64,000 bases of DNA from an uncultured Actinomycetes bacterium (lineage in GTDB: Bacteria; Actinomycetota; UBA4738; HRBIN12): NCBI GenBank assembly GCA_963704725.1, contig OY969934.1, positions 3,232,001-3,296,000 on the forward strand. The letters are read 5' to 3'. A model generated the notes under the pieces. That model saw only the letters and a list, made by a program, of their open reading frames with translations, did no database searches and was not told where the DNA came from. Made by a program: the position numbers and the translations under genes. This document shows positions 28,745-39,818 of this stretch, piece by piece; positions within the stretch are counted from its first letter, which is position 1; each line of letters starts with the position of its first letter.

Positions 28745-29494
28745 GTGCCGGCGCGATCTCGGATCCCGAGCCCGACCGACCGCGCGGCCGCCGTCCTGAA
28801 GGCTCTCCGCCGGATCGCCGACCCGGCGCGACTCGAAGGCATGGCCCGCTACGGCATCGCGACCGACCGGGCCCTCGGCGTCACCGTGACCCAGCTGCGC
28901 GAGGTGGCCCGCAAGCTGGGCCGCGACCACGAGCTCGCCGGCGCGCTGTGGCGAACGGGGATCCACGAGGCCCGGATCCTCGCCACCTTGGTGGACGACC
29001 CCGCCAGGGTCACGGAGAAGCAGATGGAGTCCTGGGTGCGCGTCGTGGACTCGTGGGACCTGTGCGACGGGATGTGCGGCAACCTGTTCGACCGGACGCC
29101 GTTCGCACTGGACAAGGCCGCCGAGTGGAGCGCCCGCGAGCCCGAGTTCACCAAACGCGCCGGGTTCGCCCTCATGGCCTGGACCGCCGTGCACCGCAAG
29201 GACCTCGGGGACGAGCAGCTCGAGCGCTTCCTGCCCATGATCCAGGCCCAGGCCGCCGACGACCGGACCTACGTCCGCAAGGCCGTCAACTGGGCCCTCC
29301 GCCAGATCGGGAAGCGGAGCCCGCGTCTGCACCGCCGCGCCGTCGCGACCGCCCGCCGCATCGCGAAGATCGACGCCCGGTCCGCGCGATGGATCGCCTC
29401 CGACGCGCTGCGCGAGCTCGAGAGCGAAGCGGTGCAGGAGCGTCTCGCGCGCATCGCGAGCTCTGGCTCCGCCGCCGTCGGACCCCGCCGCTGA
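28745..29494 (+). CDS. DNA alkylation repair protein (AlkD-like HEAT repeat)
   Basis: GMARYGI, HEARILA, DSWDLCD, EFTKRAGF, DDRTYVRKAVNWALRQIGKR. Confidence 0.9.
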   Translation: MPARSRIPSPTDRAAAVLKALRRIADPARLEGMARYGIATDRALGVTVTQLREVARKLGRDHELAGALWRTGIHEARILATLVDDPARVTEKQMESWVRVVDSWDLCDGMCGNLFDRTPFALDKAAEWSAREPEFTKRAGFALMAWTAVHRKDLGDEQLERFLPMIQAQAADDRTYVRKAVNWALRQIGKRSPRLHRRAVATARRIAKIDARSARWIASDALRELESEAVQERLARIASSGSAAVGPRR

Positions 29495-29501
29495 ACACAC
29501 G

Positions 29502-29534
29502 CGGCGGGGGGCTCCGACCCGGAGCCCCCCGCCG
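29502..29534. terminator. Perfect 15-bp hairpin between convergent genes
   Basis: cggcggggggctccg-acc-cggagccccccgccg. Confidence 0.8.
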
Positions 29535-29564
29535 TCGAGCGATGCGTTCGCGAACCCGCCGGGC

Positions 29565-31889
29565 CTACCCGTCCTCGCGGGCCGGAACCGCCTCGGGTTC
29601 CACGTGACCGTTCCCGCTCGCGGCCGCCGGCTGGAGCTCGGGGATGAGGACGTGCTCCTCGCGCGTCGGCTCGTGGCCCTCGACGTTGATCTGCGGGAGC
29701 CACTGGAGCCACTTGGGCAGGTACCAGTTCCAGTCGCCCAGCAGGCGCATGCCGGCGGGCACCAGCAGCGTCCGGACGATCGTGGCGTCCATGAACACCG
29801 CCACCGCCAGCCCGAAGCCCATCTGCTGCAGCGGTCCGAGCCGTCCCGCGGCGAACCCGGTGAACACCGCGACCATGATGAGCGCGGCCCCGGTGATGAT
29901 CCCCGCCGTCGTTCGCAGGCCGTACGCCACGGCCTCGGTGTTGTCGTGCGTCTTGTCGTACTCCTCCCGGATCCGCGAGAGCAGGAACACGTGGTAGTCC
30001 ATCGAGAGCCCGAACAGCACCGAGAACAGGAACAGCGGCAGCCAGGCCTCGATCGACTCCGTCTTGCGGAACTGGAACTGCAGGATGTCGTTGAAGATGA
30101 ACAGGCCGAAGCCCTTCTGGAACACGAGGGTGACGGCGCCGTACGCCGCGCCCACGGACAGCAGGTTCATCAGGATCGCCTTCACCGGCAGGACGATCGA
30201 GCGGAACACCACCGTGAGCAGGATGAACGACAGGCCGAGCACGAACACGAACACGATCCACTGGTACTGGTCGGCCACGTCCAGGAAGTCGGTGAAGAAC
30301 GCGGTGTTCCCGCCGACCAGCACCTCGACCCCGTTCACGCCCGCGAAGGCCTGCGGGACGAACGTGTCCCGGATGTCCCGGATGCCCTGGAACGCGGCGT
30401 CGTTCGAGGAGTCGGGCCCCGCGAAGAACGCCTGGACCTGGATCGTCGTGCCGTCGTCGCTGGGAACGACGTTCGTCTGCTGCGCGAACGTCGGGTCGGC
30501 GGTGATCTCCTGCTGCAGTCGGGCGATGGCGTCCTGAACCGCGGACGACTGCACGTCGCCCGTGATCACGATCTTCGCCGGGTCGGTCAGGTTCCCGGCG
30601 AACTCACGCTGGAGCGTCAGGAACGCCGCCTTGGACTCGAACTCGTCGGGGAGCTGGCTCACGTTCTGCGAGGTCCCCCGGTTCAGCTGGAAGTAGAAGG
30701 AGCCGAGGACGCCCAGCACCAACACGCTCGCGGTGAGGAAGACCCACGGACGGGCCATGACCCCACGGGTCAGGCGGTCCCAGAAGCCGCCCCTGGGGTC
30801 GTGCTCGGAGTCCATCCGGGCCCGCCTGGACAGGCGGGGCCAGTTGATGCGGTCCCCGAACAACGCGAGCAGCGCGGGGAGCAGCGTCATCGACGCCGCG
30901 AGCGAGGCGATCGTGACCAGGATCGCGCCGCCGGCGAGCGCTCGGAAGATCGTCGTGGGGATGATGAGCATGCCGGCGAGGGCCAGGACGACCGTCAGGC
31001 CGCTGAAGAAGACCGCGCGGTTGGCCGTCGCGCCGGCCGCGCCGATCGCGTCGAGCTTGGCGAATCCCTTCTTCCGCTCCTCGCGATAGCGGGACACGAT
31101 GAACAGCGAGTAGTCGATGCCGACCGCCAGGCCGATCATCGTCACCATGTTCTCGACGAACAGGTTGAAGTTGAACAGCTGCCCGATCAGCGCCACGAGG
31201 CCGAGCGCGACGAAGATCGCGAAGATGGCCATGACGATCGGGACCACGGCGGCGACCACCGCGGCGAACACGACGATCAGGACGAGCAGGGCGATGCCGA
31301 TCCCGATCGACTCGCTCTGCTGGAGGTCCTCCTCGGCGATCTTGGTGAAGTCCGCCTGGAGCGCGCCCTGTCCGGCGACCTCGACGGTGAAGCCCTCGGC
31401 CTGCGACTCGGTCGCGATCGTGCGGAGGCGCTCGATCGTGGTGTCCTCGGCGTCGGTCAGGTCGACGGGGATGAGGGTGTAGCTCTTGTCCTGCGACACG
31501 AGCCCGGGCGCCTGGTCCGGCGCCTGCTCGAGGAGGTCGTAGTAGGTGACGGGCGGGTCGGCGAGGAGACCGCCGTCGATGGCCGCCACCCGCTGCTGCA
31601 CCTGGGTCACGAACGTCTGGTACTCGGGATCGTCCACCGTGGCCGAGTCCGAGTGGATGATGAAGAACTCGGTGTCGGCCGACCGCGTGGTCCCGTACTT
31701 GGCGTCGAGCACGTCCTGGGCCTGGACCGACTCGGGGCTGTTCGTGAACGCGATGTCCTGGGTCAGTACGTCCGCCAGGAGGCTGCTCGTGACGGCCCCC
31801 ATGGCCACGATCAGGACGAGCCAGATGCCGAGCGTCCGCCAGGGGTGACGGCTGCTGGCGCGGGCCAGGGTCTCGGGATTCAACTTCAT
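29565..31889 (-). CDS. MMPL (RND superfamily) transporter
   Basis: GLAVGIDYSLF..SRYREE, FGLSMDYHVFLLSRIREE, IITGAALIM, DATIVR. Confidence 0.95.
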   Translation of the reverse strand: MKLNPETLARASSRHPWRTLGIWLVLIVAMGAVTSSLLADVLTQDIAFTNSPESVQAQDVLDAKYGTTRSADTEFFIIHSDSATVDDPEYQTFVTQVQQRVAAIDGGLLADPPVTYYDLLEQAPDQAPGLVSQDKSYTLIPVDLTDAEDTTIERLRTIATESQAEGFTVEVAGQGALQADFTKIAEEDLQQSESIGIGIALLVLIVVFAAVVAAVVPIVMAIFAIFVALGLVALIGQLFNFNLFVENMVTMIGLAVGIDYSLFIVSRYREERKKGFAKLDAIGAAGATANRAVFFSGLTVVLALAGMLIIPTTIFRALAGGAILVTIASLAASMTLLPALLALFGDRINWPRLSRRARMDSEHDPRGGFWDRLTRGVMARPWVFLTASVLVLGVLGSFYFQLNRGTSQNVSQLPDEFESKAAFLTLQREFAGNLTDPAKIVITGDVQSSAVQDAIARLQQEITADPTFAQQTNVVPSDDGTTIQVQAFFAGPDSSNDAAFQGIRDIRDTFVPQAFAGVNGVEVLVGGNTAFFTDFLDVADQYQWIVFVFVLGLSFILLTVVFRSIVLPVKAILMNLLSVGAAYGAVTLVFQKGFGLFIFNDILQFQFRKTESIEAWLPLFLFSVLFGLSMDYHVFLLSRIREEYDKTHDNTEAVAYGLRTTAGIITGAALIMVAVFTGFAAGRLGPLQQMGFGLAVAVFMDATIVRTLLVPAGMRLLGDWNWYLPKWLQWLPQINVEGHEPTREEHVLIPELQPAAASGNGHVEPEAVPAREDG

Positions 31890-31933
31890 GAACCACCCCC
31901 ACCTCTCGGGCCCGGGTACTTCCCCGGGCGGCA

Positions 31934-31990
31934 CTTACGCCATATGCTTACAATGTGAGTGAAGTATAGGCGTACGTTGTAAGGTGTCAA
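31934..31990. promoter_or_regulatory. MMPL promoter (TTGACA-N16-TATACT, minus strand) with CTTAC-N3-GTAAG-like TetR operators
   Basis: tgtcaa 31985-31990, agtata 31963-31968; operator-like cttacaatgtgag 31947-31959, cgtacgttgtaag 31971-31983, cttacgccatatg 31934-31946. Confidence 0.7.
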
Positions 31991-32042
31991 CCCACGGAGC
32001 CCGGGATCGAGATTCCCAGGGCCGGATGAACAGGAGACGAAC

Positions 32043-32765
32043 GTGAGCCGGACGGCTCGGGGGGCATCGGCTGTCGTTCCGGAGAAGCCGCACCGGGACC
32101 CGCTCACGCGGGCCCGCGTGATCGAGGCGGCCCTGCGGATCATGGACTCGGAGGGCCTGGAGGCCGTCACGATGCGCCGCATCGGGCGCGAGCTGGGCGT
32201 CGAGGCCATGTCGCTCTACAACCACGTCCGGGACAAGGAGGACATCCTCGACGGCATCAGCGAGGCCGTGATGTCCGAGTTCGAGATCCCGTCGCCGACC
32301 GGCGACTGGGCAGCCGACGCGCGCTGCATGGCGCTGGAGTGGCGGCGGCTGCTCGGCCTGCATCCCGGCGTCATGCAGCTCCTCGCGGAGCGACACAAGC
32401 CCCTTGAGGGGATGACGGCCTACCGGCCGATGGATGCCGCGCTCGAGGCGCTGAGCGGCACGGGATTGTCCGATCGCGAGCTCGCTCAGACCTTCAACGC
32501 CCTCGGCGGGTACATCATGGGGTTCGTGATGATGGAGCAGGGGCTCATGCCCGGCCACGAGCCGCACGACCACGCCCACCAGCACGAGGCCGTCGCGGAG
32601 GCGCTCCGCGAGGCCGGACTCGCGCGGCTCTCCGCGTGCTTCGAGTACTTCGCCGAGTGCCCGAACGACGAGCAGTTCGAGTTCGGTCTCGACCTGATGA
32701 TCGCCGGACTTGCGGCCCGGTCCCGGTCGATCGCCGCCGCCACGAAGCCGTCCGCCGAGGTCTAG
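32043..32765 (+). CDS. TetR/AcrR regulator with tetracycline-repressor-like C-terminal domain
   Basis: GLEAVTMRRIGRELGVEAMSLYNHV..K, FEFGLDLMIAGL; divergent from MMPL. Confidence 0.9.
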   Translation: MSRTARGASAVVPEKPHRDPLTRARVIEAALRIMDSEGLEAVTMRRIGRELGVEAMSLYNHVRDKEDILDGISEAVMSEFEIPSPTGDWAADARCMALEWRRLLGLHPGVMQLLAERHKPLEGMTAYRPMDAALEALSGTGLSDRELAQTFNALGGYIMGFVMMEQGLMPGHEPHDHAHQHEAVAEALREAGLARLSACFEYFAECPNDEQFEFGLDLMIAGLAARSRSIAAATKPSAEV

Positions 32766-33940
32766 AGGACCCCGAGCTCCTTCCCCACCCGCTCGAACGC
32801 GGCGAGCGCCTCGGCCAGGTCCTGCGGCGTGTGGTCCGCCGTGACGATCGTGCGGACGCGGGCATGCCCCTTCGCCACCGTCGGGAACACGATGGCCGGC
32901 GTGAACACGCCCTCCTCGAACAGCCGGCGGGCGAACGCCTGGGTCGTCTCCTCCTCGCCGGTGATGACCGGCGTGATGGGGGTCTCGCTGGCGCCGGTGT
33001 CGAACCCGAGGGACTGCAGGCCGGCCTTGAGCGAGCGCGTGTTCTCCCACAGGCGTTCGAGGCGCTCGGGCTCGTCGCGGATGATGTCGAGCGCCTCCAT
33101 GCAGGCGGCGGTCACGGCCGGCGGCAGGCTCGTCGAGAACAGGAACGGCCGCCCTCGGTTCACGAGCCACTCGATCAGCTCGTTCGGGCCGGCGGTGAAC
33201 CCGCCGAGGACCCCGATCGCCTTCGAGAGGGTGCCGACCTGGATGTCGACGCGGCCGTGGAGCCCGAAGTGATCCACCGTCCCGGCGCCGCCCGATCCCA
33301 GCACCCCGGACGCGTGCGCGTCGTCGATCATCATGATCGCGCCGCGGCGTTCGGCCACCTCGACGAGGGCCGGCAGCGGCGCGATGTCTCCATCCATGGA
33401 GAAGACGCCGTCGGTGATGAGGAGCTGCCGGCGGCCCGGCCGCGCCGTCTCCGCGAGGAGCGCATCGGCGTGCTCCGCGTCTCGGTGCTCGAACACCTTG
33501 ATCTCCGCCCGCGACAGCCGTGCGCCGTCGATGATGGACGCGTGGTTCAGCCGGTCGCTGACGATCACGTCCTCCTTGTCGAGGATGGCGGCGACCGTGC
33601 CGGCGTTGGCCGTGAACCCCGACTGGAACATGAGCGCGTCCTCGGCGTGCTTGAAGTCGGCGAAGCGGCGCTCGAGGTCCCGGTGCATCGACATCGTGCC
33701 GGCGATCGTGCGGACGGCCCCGCTCCCCGCCCCGAGCTCGGTCGCGGCCCTCGCCGCCGCCGCGTTCATCCGTGGGTGGCTCGCCAGGCCGAGGTAGTTG
33801 TTCGAGGCCAGGTTGATCACCTCACGGCCGTCGAATCGGGCCCGGGCCCCGGTCGGTCCCTCCAGGGTCCGCGGATGGATCGCGAGGCCCTGCTCCTCGA
33901 GCTCGTGCAGCCGTTCCTTCAGGTAGTCCAGCGCGCCCAT
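32762..33940 (-). CDS. kbl: Glycine C-acetyltransferase (2-amino-3-ketobutyrate CoA ligase)
   Basis: SNNYLGL, LNHASIIDG, DGVFSMDGD, DDAH, GTLSKA; downstream of tdh. Confidence 0.9.
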   Translation of the reverse strand: MGALDYLKERLHELEEQGLAIHPRTLEGPTGARARFDGREVINLASNNYLGLASHPRMNAAAARAATELGAGSGAVRTIAGTMSMHRDLERRFADFKHAEDALMFQSGFTANAGTVAAILDKEDVIVSDRLNHASIIDGARLSRAEIKVFEHRDAEHADALLAETARPGRRQLLITDGVFSMDGDIAPLPALVEVAERRGAIMMIDDAHASGVLGSGGAGTVDHFGLHGRVDIQVGTLSKAIGVLGGFTAGPNELIEWLVNRGRPFLFSTSLPPAVTAACMEALDIIRDEPERLERLWENTRSLKAGLQSLGFDTGASETPITPVITGEEETTQAFARRLFEEGVFTPAIVFPTVAKGHARVRTIVTADHTPQDLAEALAAFERVGKELGVL

Positions 33941-33943
33941 CGA

Positions 33944-35062
33944 TCAGCCTCCGGTCTGCGGGGGGCCACCGCTCGCCCATTCGGGCTCGCTCCTCGAGCT
34001 CCCCGAACCCCCCGGGAACATGATGACCTTCGCGGCGTGCCCGGAGCGGGCCGTCTCGAAGGCCTCGTCGAATCGCTCGAGCGGGAACCGATGCGTGATG
34101 ACCGGCGACACGTCCACGCGGCCCGTGGACAGCAGCGTGGTCGTCTGCTGCCACGTCCGGAACATCTCGCGACCGGTGATGCCGAGGATCCGGGCCTCCT
34201 TGAAGATGACCTGGTCGTTCAGGTCCAGGGTGACCGGGCCGTCGGGCAGGCCGAGGAGCGAGACGCGGCCGCCGCGCGCGACCATCCGCGTCCCCTGGTC
34301 GATGGCGCGGGCGTTGCCCGACATCTCGAGCACCACCTCGGCGCCCGCCCCGTCGGTCTCGCGGAGCACGACCTCAACCGGGTCCTCCACCGTAGGGTCG
34401 ATCAACAGATCCGCGCCCATCTTGCCGGCGAGCGCGCGCCGGTCCGGGTTGGGCTCGATGGCGAACACCTTCCACGCGCCGAGGGCACGGGCGATCGCCA
34501 CGGAGAACAGGCCGATCGGCCCGCAGCCGATCACGGCGACGGGGTTGGTGAGCAGGTCCTCGCCGCCCTCGGTCCCGAACGCGGCGTGCACGGCGTTGCC
34601 GAACGGCTCCATGACCGAGGCGTGGTCGGGCCGGATGCCCTCGCCCACGATCCACGCGTTCTCGGCGGGCAGGACCACGTACTCGGCGAAGCCGCCGTCG
34701 GTGTCCACCCCAAGGATCCGCAGGTTCCGGCAGATGTGCGCCCGCCCGGTCCGGCAGGTGGAGCAGTGTCCGCACGCGATGTGTGTCTCGGCGGCGACGA
34801 ACGCACCCGGCTGGATGTGATGGACCTCGGGACCCACGACCTCGACCGAGCCGGCGACCTCGTGCCCGAACGTCATCGGGACGCGGGGGATGCGGCCCTC
34901 CGCCCACTCGTTCCAGTCGTAGATATGCAGGTCGGTGCCGCAGATCGAGGCCGCGTGGACCCGGACGAGCACCTCGCCCTCGCCGGGCTGAGGTACCGGA
35001 ACGTCCTCGAGCCTGGCACCGGGGCCTCTCGAGGTCTTCCGCAGGGCGCGCATCGTGCCCAT
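33944..35062 (-). CDS. tdh: L-threonine 3-dehydrogenase
   Basis: ICGTDLHIY.W, GHE, CGHCSTCR...HIC, EPFGNAVH, GCGPIG, GITGREMF.TW. Confidence 0.95.
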   Translation of the reverse strand: MGTMRALRKTSRGPGARLEDVPVPQPGEGEVLVRVHAASICGTDLHIYDWNEWAEGRIPRVPMTFGHEVAGSVEVVGPEVHHIQPGAFVAAETHIACGHCSTCRTGRAHICRNLRILGVDTDGGFAEYVVLPAENAWIVGEGIRPDHASVMEPFGNAVHAAFGTEGGEDLLTNPVAVIGCGPIGLFSVAIARALGAWKVFAIEPNPDRRALAGKMGADLLIDPTVEDPVEVVLRETDGAGAEVVLEMSGNARAIDQGTRMVARGGRVSLLGLPDGPVTLDLNDQVIFKEARILGITGREMFRTWQQTTTLLSTGRVDVSPVITHRFPLERFDEAFETARSGHAAKVIMFPGGSGSSRSEPEWASGGPPQTGG

Positions 35063-35175
35063 CGGCGGGGAGCCTACCCTGCCCGGAGCAACGGCATCCG
35101 AGGCGGCCCCGCCCGGAACCAGCGGGCCGTCCGGCACCGTCCAAGGCGCCACACGCGACAACGGAGGATGCCCCG

Positions 35176-36078
35176 ATGAGGACCAAGACGTTCGCGCTCG
35201 CCCTGCTGCTCCCGGCCCTGATCCTGTCCGCCTGCGGCCGACTCAACGACGAGGGAGGGGCCGGCAGCGGAGGATCCGGCGCCACCGGCGACTCCGGGAG
35301 CGGTGGGTCCCCCGCCATCGATCACCCCACGGGCGCGAGCGATCTGATCCTCCGGGTGGAGACCGGCGGCGGGTTCGTCATGCCGTCGTTCACCCTCCGC
35401 TCGGTCCCCGGCTTCTCCCTCTACGGAGACGGCCGCCTCATCGTCGAGGGCCCGATGATCGAGATCTATCCCGGCCCCGCGCTGCCCAACCTCCAGGTCA
35501 TGCGCCTGTCCGAGGAGGCCGTGCAGGCCATCCTCGAGGCGGCCGGCAACGCCGATCTCCTCGTGCGGGACACGAGCTACGACTACAACTGCATCGCCGA
35601 CGCGGCCACGACGACGTTCACGGTCACCGCCGACGGCGCCACCCACACGGTGTCCGCATACGCGCTCGGGATGGACCAGGACGGTGGGAGCTGCCAGGGG
35701 TCGAACGTGGACGCGCGCACCAAGCTCCAGGACTTCGCGACGGCGCTCGGGGACCTCCAGAGCTGGCTCCCCGCCGGCTCGATCGGCGCCTCCGAGGAGT
35801 ACACGCCGTCGGAGATGCGGGTCTACGTGCAGCCGTACCAGGCCGACCCCCAGCTCGAGGAGCCGGCCGTCGACTGGCCGCTCGCGGCGCCGCTCGGGTC
35901 GTTCGGGGAACCCGACCCGAACCTGTCGGACGCCCGGTGCGGCGTCGTCTCGGGTGCCGACTTCGACGCGCTCCTGCCGCTCGTCCGGTCGGCCAACGAG
36001 CTCACGCCCTGGTCGAGCGACGGCACGGACTACGGCCTGATCTTCCGGCCGCTCCTGCCCGACGAGCACGCCTGCTGA
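35176..36078 (+). CDS. Hypothetical lipoprotein
   Basis: RBS GGAGGA, signal peptide with LSAC lipobox, Gly/Ser linker, typical codon usage; ends FRPLLPDE. Confidence 0.8.
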   Translation: MRTKTFALALLLPALILSACGRLNDEGGAGSGGSGATGDSGSGGSPAIDHPTGASDLILRVETGGGFVMPSFTLRSVPGFSLYGDGRLIVEGPMIEIYPGPALPNLQVMRLSEEAVQAILEAAGNADLLVRDTSYDYNCIADAATTTFTVTADGATHTVSAYALGMDQDGGSCQGSNVDARTKLQDFATALGDLQSWLPAGSIGASEEYTPSEMRVYVQPYQADPQLEEPAVDWPLAAPLGSFGEPDPNLSDARCGVVSGADFDALLPLVRSANELTPWSSDGTDYGLIFRPLLPDEHAC

Positions 36079-36082
36079 TCGA

Positions 36083-37139
<1,057 letters not shown>

Positions 37140-37168
<29 letters not shown>

Positions 37169-37805
37169 CGCGCACCGTCTCGATCACCTCGGGGCCGAGC
37201 CGTCCCCGGAGCCGGCCGACGCAGACGTCGACGACATTGCTCCCCGGATCGAACCCGTACCCCCAGACCTCCTGCAGGAGCCGCTGGCGGGTCGCCACGT
37301 CGTCGCCGAGCTGCATGAGATGGCGGAGTAGGAGGAACTCACGCTCGGGCAGGACGACCGGCCCCGACCCGACGTCCGCCGTGCGCCGGACGAGGTCGAG
37401 CGCGACGCCCTCCAGCCGCAGGAACCGCTCGCCCGGCCCCGACGCCGCCTGGCGGAGCCGGGCTCGCACTCGCGCCAGGAGCTCCGCGAGCGAGAAGGGC
37501 TTGGGGAGGTAGTCGGAGGCCCCCAGCTCCAGGCATTCCACCTTGCTCTCCACGTCCGAGAGCGCGGACAGGACGAGCACGCGCTGCTCGGGCCTGCTCT
37601 CCATCAGGCTCCGGAGCACCGAGACGCCGTCCATCCCGGGCAGGAGGAGATCGAGCACGACGAGCGCGTACCGGCCGCTCCGCGCGAGCTCGAGACCCCG
37701 TCGGCCGTCCGGCGCCGCATCGACCTGGAACCCTTCGGCCGTCAGCGCCCTCGAGACGAAGCTCGAGATCCTCGGCTCGTCGTCAACGACCAGGACCCGC
37801 GGCAC
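37140..37805 (-). CDS. OmpR/PhoB-family response regulator
   Basis: LVVDDE, LDLLLP, DYLPKPF, VWGY, IETVRGVGY. Confidence 0.95.
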
Positions 37806-37893
37806 GTCGGGAATCCTAGGCCGACCGGGCCTCCGAGCGGCAGGGGTTCATGACGCCGAGGTCATCGTCCTCGCGGAGGGATCCTGAACGGGC

Positions 37894-37921
37894 GATGACA
37901 CCGGGATGACGGCGCGGTCAC
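37894..37921. promoter_or_regulatory. 11-bp-period direct repeats GATGAC (putative OmpR-type box)
   Basis: gatgac at 37894 and 37905, ggtcac at 37916, between the divergent response regulator and cupredoxin genes. Confidence 0.45.
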
Positions 37922-38002
37922 ATCGCTTCGGTGCGCCGGTGGGTCGGTCCTACACTCCGGCGCCGATCGCGGGTTGCGGTCGCCGACAGAAGGGAGGGGA
38001 TC

Positions 38003-38464
38003 ATGACCCAGGGCGCGGTGCGCGTGGCCGCGGGTCTGTTCGTCGCCATCGCGCTGGCGCTGCCCGCGTGCGGGGACGACGAGGGTGGAGGCGAGAGCGG
38101 CGACTCCTCCGTCGACGTCACCCTGCAGGAGTTCGCGGTGGTCCCGGACTCGAGCTCGGCCCCCGCCGGCTCGGTCACCTTCACGATCACGAACGAGGGA
38201 CCGGAGGACGAGCACGAGTTCGTCGTCATCCGGACCGACCTCGATCCGATCTCGCTTCCGACGAACGACGACGGCTCGGTGAACGAGGAGGGCGAGGGGA
38301 TCGAGCCGGTCGACGAGGTCGAGGAAATCCCGGTCGGGGACACGCAGACGCTGACGGTGGACCTCGAGGCAGGCAGCTACGTCCTCATCTGCAACATCTA
38401 CGACGAGGACGAGCAGGAGTCCCACTACCAGGAGGGCATGCGAACGGCGTTCACCGTCGCCTAG
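38003..38464 (+). CDS. Cupredoxin-like (blue copper) lipoprotein
   Basis: LPAC lipobox, HEFVV, GSYVLICNI...SHYQEGM (His/Cys/His/Met type-1 Cu ligands). Confidence 0.85.
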   Translation: MTQGAVRVAAGLFVAIALALPACGDDEGGGESGDSSVDVTLQEFAVVPDSSSAPAGSVTFTITNEGPEDEHEFVVIRTDLDPISLPTNDDGSVNEEGEGIEPVDEVEEIPVGDTQTLTVDLEAGSYVLICNIYDEDEQESHYQEGMRTAFTVA

Positions 38465-38483
38465 TGGCGCGGCTCGCCGCCCG

Positions 38484-39677
38484 CTACAGCACCCGGCGCT
38501 TCGGCCTGCGCAGGCCGGAGCGTCGACCCGAAGCCGAGGCGGAGAAGACCACGCGCGGGGGCGCGACCTTCATGCCCTCCTCCTCGAACTCGTCGTGGAG
38601 GTCGAGGCGTGCGGCCATCCGTCCGACGTCGCCCTGCTGATCCGCCGTGACCAGCGTGATGCTGTTCCCGGTCCGGCCGGCCCGTGCGGTGCGGCCCACG
38701 CGGTGGACGTAGCCCTTGTCGTCGTTCGGCGGGTCGTAGTTCACTACGTGGCTGATCCGCTCGAGGTCGAGGCCGCGAGCCGCGACGTCCGTGGCCACCA
38801 GGACCTGGGCGCGTCCGGACTCGAACCGGGCGAGCGCGTGCTGCCGCGCGGTCTGGGTCATGTCGCCGTGGAGCGCCTCGGCCTTGAGGCCCTTCGCCTT
38901 CAGCTTGTGGACCAGACGGTCCGCCCCGCGCTTGGTCCGGACGAAGACGAGCGTCAGCTCACCGCCGTGCTGGAGCAGCTCGATCAGCGCCTCGACCTTG
39001 CCCGCAGCGGAGACCGAGACGAACCGGTGCGAGAGGCCGTCCACGGTGTCGCCGTCCGACTCGACCTCGTGCAGCACCGGGGCCCGCGTGTAGGCCTGCG
39101 CCAGCCGCCCCACCGCGCCGTCGAGCGTGGCCGAGAAGAACATCGTCTGGCGATCGGCGGGGAGGTGCCGCACGATGCGATCGACTTGCGGCTGGAACCC
39201 CATGTCGAGCATGCGATCGGCCTCGTCGAGCACCAGGGTGCGCACGCGCTCGAGCTTGAGGGATCCGCGCTCGATCAGGTCCTGGAGCCGTCCGGGCGTG
39301 GCGATCAGGATGTGCGCCGTGCTGTTGCCGCGCGCCTGCTCCCGGAGGCTCACGCCGCCGTAGGCGACGCCGACGCGCAGGCCCTTGGCCTTGGCCACCG
39401 GCTCGAAGTCGTCCGCCACCTGCTGCGCGAGCTCGCGCGTGGGGACGAGGACGAGGGCGGCCGGGGTCGCGTCGTCGGCGTGGATCCGCTCGACGATCGG
39501 GAGCGCGAAGGCGAGCGTCTTGCCGGAACCGGTCGCAGAGCGCGCGAGCACGTCGGTTCCGGCCATGGCGTCGCGCAGCACGAGCGCCTGCACCGGGAAC
39601 GGCGAGACGACGCCGCCCTCGGCGAGGACGTCGATCACGGCGCGAGATACGCCGAGATCGGCGAAGGTGGTGGTCAT
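38484..39677 (-). CDS. DEAD-box RNA helicase
   Basis: ATGSGKT, PTRELA, TPGR, DEAD, SAT, ARGLD, HRVGRTAR. Confidence 0.95.
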   Translation of the reverse strand: MTTTFADLGVSRAVIDVLAEGGVVSPFPVQALVLRDAMAGTDVLARSATGSGKTLAFALPIVERIHADDATPAALVLVPTRELAQQVADDFEPVAKAKGLRVGVAYGGVSLREQARGNSTAHILIATPGRLQDLIERGSLKLERVRTLVLDEADRMLDMGFQPQVDRIVRHLPADRQTMFFSATLDGAVGRLAQAYTRAPVLHEVESDGDTVDGLSHRFVSVSAAGKVEALIELLQHGGELTLVFVRTKRGADRLVHKLKAKGLKAEALHGDMTQTARQHALARFESGRAQVLVATDVAARGLDLERISHVVNYDPPNDDKGYVHRVGRTARAGRTGNSITLVTADQQGDVGRMAARLDLHDEFEEEGMKVAPPRVVFSASASGRRSGLRRPKRRVL

Positions 39678-39818
39678 GTTCGACTCCTTCTGACCGCGTT
39701 GCTCGCGGCCCGGTCAACGGGGAGGTTGGCCTTGCCCCGAGACCGCCGGAAGGAGGAACGAGGAAAAACAACCTCACGGAGTGGCTCGATGCCGCTCCTC
39801 ATGCAGGATCGTACCAGC

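Noticed and set aside
32762-33940. BioF assignment because bioY is in the window
   Set aside because: Position directly behind tdh and overall motif pattern favour kbl.
37884-37899. Extra copy of the TTGWACG operator (ctgaacgggcgatgac)
   Set aside because: Only one half-site matches; better explained by the GATGAC direct repeats.
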